From the NCBI GenBank assembly GCA_964423315.1, contig CAYREO010000012.1:15534-79533 (forward strand): a stretch of DNA of 64,000 nt, read 5' to 3'. The stretch comes from an uncultured Eubacteriales bacterium. GTDB lineage: Bacteria > Acidobacteriota > Aminicenantia > Aminicenantales > Saccharicenantaceae. The position numbers and the translations under genes were made by a program. Below the pieces are notes generated by a model, which was given only the letters and a program-made list of their open reading frames with translations, did no database searches and was not told where the DNA came from. How positions within the stretch are numbered: the stretch's first letter is position 1; each line of letters starts with the position of its first letter. Positions 59,618 to 64,000 of this stretch are shown here, one piece after another.

Positions 59618-60052
59618 CTATAGCGTCGGGTCGACGGGCTCGAGGAACGGGAAGCGGTGGAAATCCGTGTCCCGCGTGTAGATCCTCTTGACGCCGTGCT
59701 CGCGCATCAGGACGGCGGTGTGGGCGTCATAGATCAGGTTGCCGCGCAGGTGGGATCCGTTCTCCAGCACCTCGGCGGCCACCCGGGCGTGTCGCTCGGA
59801 GGGGACGAGCAGGGCGAACGTAGGGGAAGCCAGGATGGCTTCGACGAAGCCCCAGGCCTGGGCTACGCCCCACGGCTGACGGAAGACCCGCGGATGGGTG
59901 ATGACCCGCAGGAACTCGTAGAGGATGCCCCAGGTCGAGTACCAAGGCGTGGACTGACGTCGCCATTCTTCGAGCTTTTTCCGGGAGGCAGCGTGGAAAG
60001 GCGAGCTCTTGTCGGCGGCGTAGACGAAGATATTCGTGTCGACGACGAACAT
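59618..60052 (-). CDS. vapC: PIN-domain toxin
   Basis: VVDTNIFVYA, LYEFLRV, IYDAHTA, IYTRDTDF. Confidence 0.92.
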   Translation of the reverse strand: MFVVDTNIFVYAADKSSPFHAASRKKLEEWRRQSTPWYSTWGILYEFLRVITHPRVFRQPWGVAQAWGFVEAILASPTFALLVPSERHARVAAEVLENGSHLRGNLIYDAHTAVLMREHGVKRIYTRDTDFHRFPFLEPVDPTL

Positions 60053-60279
60053 CAGCGGCCCTCCATCGCCTGATAGAGGGCGTCGCGGTCGGCGATCTCG
60101 ACCAGGGCGCCGCCGCTCGTGAACGACGGCAGGGGAGGCATGGGGGAGGCCGCCTCCTTCTCGGCGAGCAGGCGCCGGAGGGCGGATTCCACGAGCTCGG
60201 ACATGGTGCAGCCGCGGCGGGCCGCTTCCTTCTTGAGAAGGGTCATCACGGAATCGTCGATGTTCAAGGTCGTTTTCAT
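60052..60279 (-). CDS. vapB: Ribbon-helix-helix antitoxin
   Basis: MKTTLNIDDSVMTLLKKEAARRGCTMSELVE; TGATG overlap with toxin. Confidence 0.88.
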   Translation of the reverse strand: MKTTLNIDDSVMTLLKKEAARRGCTMSELVESALRRLLAEKEAASPMPPLPSFTSGGALVEIADRDALYQAMEGR

Positions 60280-60280
60280 C

Positions 60281-60311
60281 CATATAACCATACATAATAT
60301 ATGGCTATATG
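60281..60311. promoter_or_regulatory. Candidate vapBC operator palindrome
   Basis: CATATAACCATA-N7-TATGGCTATATG (11/12) immediately upstream of the antitoxin start. Confidence 0.65.
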
Positions 60312-60469
60312 TCAAATCGTTTGATATGGATGCGCGCTCCGGCTCCCGATCATGGCCGGTCACGGTCGTTCGGGCCGCTATCCTCGCTGTGCTCCATGAT
60401 GTCGATTCGTTCACTTAATAAAGACGCAGCGCCCCCTGGCATATTCTCACGGGTAGAAACAAAATCCGC

Positions 60470-60620
60470 GAGGTTGATTGGGGTATATGTCAGGCGGGGG
60501 GGAGGAGCTGCATTCTTTTTGCCCGAAAAAACATGCAAATCCGGCGTCCGGCAAGCTGTTGAGCAGATCGCCATGCTAGCTAAATAATTGATAATAAATA
60601 AAAATATTAGGTCCGACCCC
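60470..60620 (+). repeat. Type B element (left end not discernible)
   Basis: CTAA-ATAA-TTGA-N17-AGGTCCGACCCC; about 150 bp homologous to 62811-62959. Confidence 0.88.
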
Positions 60621-62583
60621 GGCCGAAGGCCGTTTCCCAGGTGGCCCAGGGGCCGCCGAAGGGGCGCAGGCCGAGGTCCACGGGGCTGGTCGGGGCCGGC
60701 TCGAGGGCCTCGAAGACCTCGCGGGCGTGGGCCTGGGCCCGGGCGTAGAGCGACGCGGCGCGCCCGTAGAGGGCCAGCGCGATATTCTTTGCGGCGTTCA
60801 CACCTTCTCTGCCCCCCTTGACCCGCGATTCCGCTGCATCGCCTTCGCCCTCGCCCAGCTTGCCTCCTCCCGCGCGGCTCCCTCCGGCCGCTTCCATCTC
60901 CAGCTCGGCCCGGTTGAAGGCGTTGCGGCCCTCGAACATCTCGGCCACGGCCAGGCCGTAGAGCGCCTTGAGGTCGCCGTAGCCCGCGTCGCGATAGTTC
61001 AGGTGCATCAGCTTCGCGTAGGCGTTGGCGATCTCCTCCTCGGCCGCCGCCTTGGCCGCTTCCGCCACCTCGGCCGGTCCCTTGGCCAGCCGCAGCCGGT
61101 AGAACGTGTGGGTCCCCGCCGCGTAGCGGTAGGTAGGATTCATCATCGATCCGTCGCCGGCCTTCGACCCGTGCAGGACCCGCCCCGGCGGCCCCGTGCA
61201 GATGTGGGCCACGCCCTCGTCGCCGTCGTGCGGCTCGACCACGGCCGTCCACAGGTTCGTCGGCCGGCAGAACATGGCCTCCCAGCCCCCGGCCGGCGGC
61301 CACGGCGGCGGCGCGCCCGGGAAGCGCAGGACCATCTTGGCGAACTCGACGTCGATCTCGCCGTGGTAATTGTTGAACAGGTCCCAGATCATCTTGTTGC
61401 GCGGCGCGGCGTAGGCGCCGTACCCTCCGTGCCCGCCGACGAACCCGCCCTCCTTGGTCACCTGCATATCCGGGTGGAGGTAGTTGTTGGTCGAGAACAT
61501 GAAGTCCCGCTCCCCGAAATCGCCGGGCCGGCGCACGGCCTGGACGGCCGCCGTCTTCTCCACGATGCAGGCCTCGCCGCGCACGTCGACGAAGTGGAAG
61601 TTCTCGGGGACGTTGATCTGCCACGGCATGATCATATCGCGGGCGGCGAAGGCCCCGTCGGCGAAGCGCACGATGTAGGGCAGCGAGCAGGCCCAGCCGA
61701 TCCCGTAGCCCTCGTCCTCGGGGCGGGGCGAGCCGCCGCCGCCGGAATTGCCCAGGAACAGGCCGCGGTTGTTCATCAGGAAGTGGTCGCCGATCTCGCC
61801 GGCGTCGGCCCCGCACATGTAGGCGTTGCCGCGGTCCGGGAAGGCGACGATGACCACGGCGTGGGCCACGTCGGGCGTGTCGAGGGTGTCGAGCCCGATG
61901 AGCCGGCCGTCCTTGGTCGCGCTCCCCCAGGCCGAGGCCACCGAGCAGCGCTTGGGCGGCAGGGCGTCGCGCTCGGCGCCCTCCGGGTAGACCGAGGTCG
62001 CCGGATCGGGCAGCGTGCCGTTGATGAGCAGGACGTCCGTGTAGGTCATGGGGTAACCGGCGTGCGTCGCGCCGTCGGCCATGCCGCGCATGAAGTCGAT
62101 CCACTCCGGCGTGTAGCGGCGGATGAACGACTGGTTGGCCCGCAGCGCCTGCATCACCTCGTCGCGGCTGAAGCGCCGCAGGGCCGCGGCCCACTTGTCC
62201 TCGCGGGTCCGGTCGATGTAGGCGCAGGCCTGCTCGCCGTACTGGAAGCCCATCTCGTAGTCGGAGCCCTTGAGGATGACGACCGGCAGGATGGACGGCG
62301 GCAGCGAGTCGCGCGACGGATCGTCGGCGGGAACGCGGGCGGAGAGGAAGGGGTCCGTCGAGGCCGGCGCGGAGGACGGGTTGCCGCGCGCGGATGTCAT
62401 CGGTTTCGAGAAAGGCGCGCGCGAGAAGGCGCCCGGTCCCGACCGCGAGGCGTTCGGCCCCTCCGACGGCCCGGCTTGAAGGGCCGGGAGGATGAACACG
62501 ACGATGACGACGGCTATGACGGCCAGGATGATCAGGATGATGGCGAATATGCCCCAGGCGGCGGCGATGCGGTTGGTCTTCAT
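60607..62583 (-). CDS. C45-family Ntn-hydrolase/acyltransferase-like protein with N-terminal membrane anchor; stop supplied by type B element
   Basis: ATG 62583 after AAGGAGG; LKGSDYEMGFQYG, R|CSVASAWGSATKDG, STNNY. Confidence 0.75.
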   Translation of the reverse strand: MKTNRIAAAWGIFAIILIILAVIAVVIVVFILPALQAGPSEGPNASRSGPGAFSRAPFSKPMTSARGNPSSAPASTDPFLSARVPADDPSRDSLPPSILPVVILKGSDYEMGFQYGEQACAYIDRTREDKWAAALRRFSRDEVMQALRANQSFIRRYTPEWIDFMRGMADGATHAGYPMTYTDVLLINGTLPDPATSVYPEGAERDALPPKRCSVASAWGSATKDGRLIGLDTLDTPDVAHAVVIVAFPDRGNAYMCGADAGEIGDHFLMNNRGLFLGNSGGGGSPRPEDEGYGIGWACSLPYIVRFADGAFAARDMIMPWQINVPENFHFVDVRGEACIVEKTAAVQAVRRPGDFGERDFMFSTNNYLHPDMQVTKEGGFVGGHGGYGAYAAPRNKMIWDLFNNYHGEIDVEFAKMVLRFPGAPPPWPPAGGWEAMFCRPTNLWTAVVEPHDGDEGVAHICTGPPGRVLHGSKAGDGSMMNPTYRYAAGTHTFYRLRLAKGPAEVAEAAKAAAEEEIANAYAKLMHLNYRDAGYGDLKALYGLAVAEMFEGRNAFNRAELEMEAAGGSRAGGGKLGEGEGDAAESRVKGGREGVNAAKNIALALYGRAASLYARAQAHAREVFEALEPAPTSPVDLGLRPFGGPWATWETAFGRGRT

Positions 62584-62773
62584 GGGTCCCTCCTTCTTCA
62601 ACTCCGGCGGATGAAGCCCTCCGGGGGCGGGGGCTCTCTAATGGAGGTTTTAACAGAGGCCGCGGGGGAATTCAAGGAAACCGCCACCGGCCGCTCGTCA
62701 CCGGGGACAGGGAGTTCGCGAAGCTCGGCCGGACTGTCGCGATCGACTGGCTCTCATGGAGGTGGAATAGAAC

Positions 62774-62959
62774 GGGGACATGTACCGCAGGTATGGGTCC
62801 AGGCATTTTTCGAGGTATTGATCGGGCATATGTAGATCGGGGGGGAGCCGCATTTTTTTTGCCCAAAAAACATGCAAATCCGGCGCCCGGCAAACTGTTG
62901 GCCAAGTCGTCCTGATCGCTAAAGAGCTGATAATAAATGAAAATTTCTGGTCCGACCCC
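62774..62959 (+). repeat. Type B element (about 186 bp)
   Basis: GGGGACAT left end; CTAA-AGAG-CTGA-N17-TGGTCCGACCCC. Confidence 0.9.
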
Positions 62960-63002
62960 ATTATGATATACTCACACCAATAAGCCTGCCGGAGGTCGAA
63001 CC

Positions 63003-64000
63003 ATGAACAATGCCAATTCCGCGAATGTTCGGCTGCGGAGCGCCAGGCCCCTCGTGCTGGGGCTGTTAGCCATGTTCGTCTTTGCGATGCTTGGATCCGC
63101 GGGCCACGATACCAAAGCACAGACTCGCGATGTTACGAACGCACTCAGCGCAGATTTCTCCACTGCGGCCGCGGCGCCCGCCCCGAAAGCCACGGCGTCT
63201 GGGCCTGCCCAAAAAACGACGGCAGCCCCGCGGCGCGCCGCCTCGGCTGCCGCGGCGGCCGCTCCCGCCCCCGCTCCTGCCGTTGATCCCGCCCTCTTCA
63301 ACGCCCTCGAATGGCGGCTCATCGGTCCGTTCCGCGGCGGCCGCGTCACGGCCGTCGACGGCATCCCCTCCGACCGCTTGACCTACTACTTCGGGGCCAC
63401 GGGCGGCGGCGTCTGGAAGACCGACGACGGCGGCCTCTCCTGGCGATGCGTGTCCGACGGCTTCTTCAAGACCGGCTCGGTCGGGGCCATCGCCGTGGCC
63501 GCCGCCGATCCCAACGTCGTCTACGTCGGCATGGGCGAGGCGCCCATCCGCGGCAACGTCTCGCACGGCGACGGCATGTACAAGTCCACCGACGCCGGCA
63601 AGACCTGGACGCACATCGGCCTCCGCGACACGCACCAGATCTCGCGCGTCCGCGTCCATCCGCGCGACATCGACCTCGTCTACGTCGCGGCCCTCGGCCA
63701 CGTCTACGGGCCCAACGAGGAGCGCGGCGTCTTCCGCTCGAAGGACGGCGGCAAGACGTGGGAGCGCATCCTCTACCGCAGCCCGCGGGCCGGGGCCATC
63801 GACCTCATCCTCGACCCGACCAACCCGCGCGTCATCTACGCCGCTCTCTGGGAGGCCTGGCGCACGCCCTACAGCCTCAATTCGGGCGGGCCCGGGGGCG
63901 GTCTTTTCAAATCGACCGACGGCGGCGACACCTGGACCGAGATCTCGCGGCGCCCCGGCCTGCCCAAGGGCGTCCTGGGCAAGATCGGCGTCACCGTCTC
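63003..64000 (+). CDS. VPS10/BNR-repeat glycosyl-hydrolase-like exported protein (runs off window end)
   Basis: LEWRLIGPFRGGRV, GGGVWKTDDGG, GDGMYKSTDAGKTW, ERGVFRSKDGGKTW. Confidence 0.9.
   Translation, partial: MNNANSANVRLRSARPLVLGLLAMFVFAMLGSAGHDTKAQTRDVTNALSADFSTAAAAPAPKATASGPAQKTTAAPRRAASAAAAAAPAPAPAVDPALFNALEWRLIGPFRGGRVTAVDGIPSDRLTYYFGATGGGVWKTDDGGLSWRCVSDGFFKTGSVGAIAVAAADPNVVYVGMGEAPIRGNVSHGDGMYKSTDAGKTWTHIGLRDTHQISRVRVHPRDIDLVYVAALGHVYGPNEERGVFRSKDGGKTWERILYRSPRAGAIDLILDPTNPRVIYAALWEAWRTPYSLNSGGPGGGLFKSTDGGDTWTEISRRPGLPKGVLGKIGVTV

Overview
High-GC (about two-thirds GC by eye) bacterial chromosomal window. Gene content (GWxTD proteins, acidobacterial-type VWA protein, Oar-like TonB-dependent receptor, many exported peptidases) suggests Aminicenantia or a related Acidobacteriota lineage (inference). 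About 45 credible CDS: outer-membrane/periplasmic functions (1-14 kb, 20-30 kb), about ten peptidase-like genes (M24, M3, M14, TldD/PmbA, M48, M28, C45, papain-like, one unassigned HExxH), metK, rnk, a MerR/B12-radical-SAM/ABC block, a zinc-ribbon cluster (38.6-42.9 kb), a dat-hydantoinase-symporter-racemase-ddc cluster and a vapBC pair. No rRNA, tRNA, CRISPR array or intact transposase/integrase was recognised. The most striking unexplained structure is a family of at least 13 non-coding elements bounded by GGGG(A/T)C...GACCCC ends. Type A copies are about 90-bp hairpins. Type B copies are about 120-280 bp, and all 8 place (T/C)TGA exactly 21 nt before (T/A)GGTCCGACCCC. One hybrid copy links the two types. 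Many sit at gene 3' ends, five supply a stop codon, several have stuttered flanks, and the most similar copies occur in pairs bracketing one or a few genes, which looks like a cassette or gene-capture system. All alignments and counts were done by eye.
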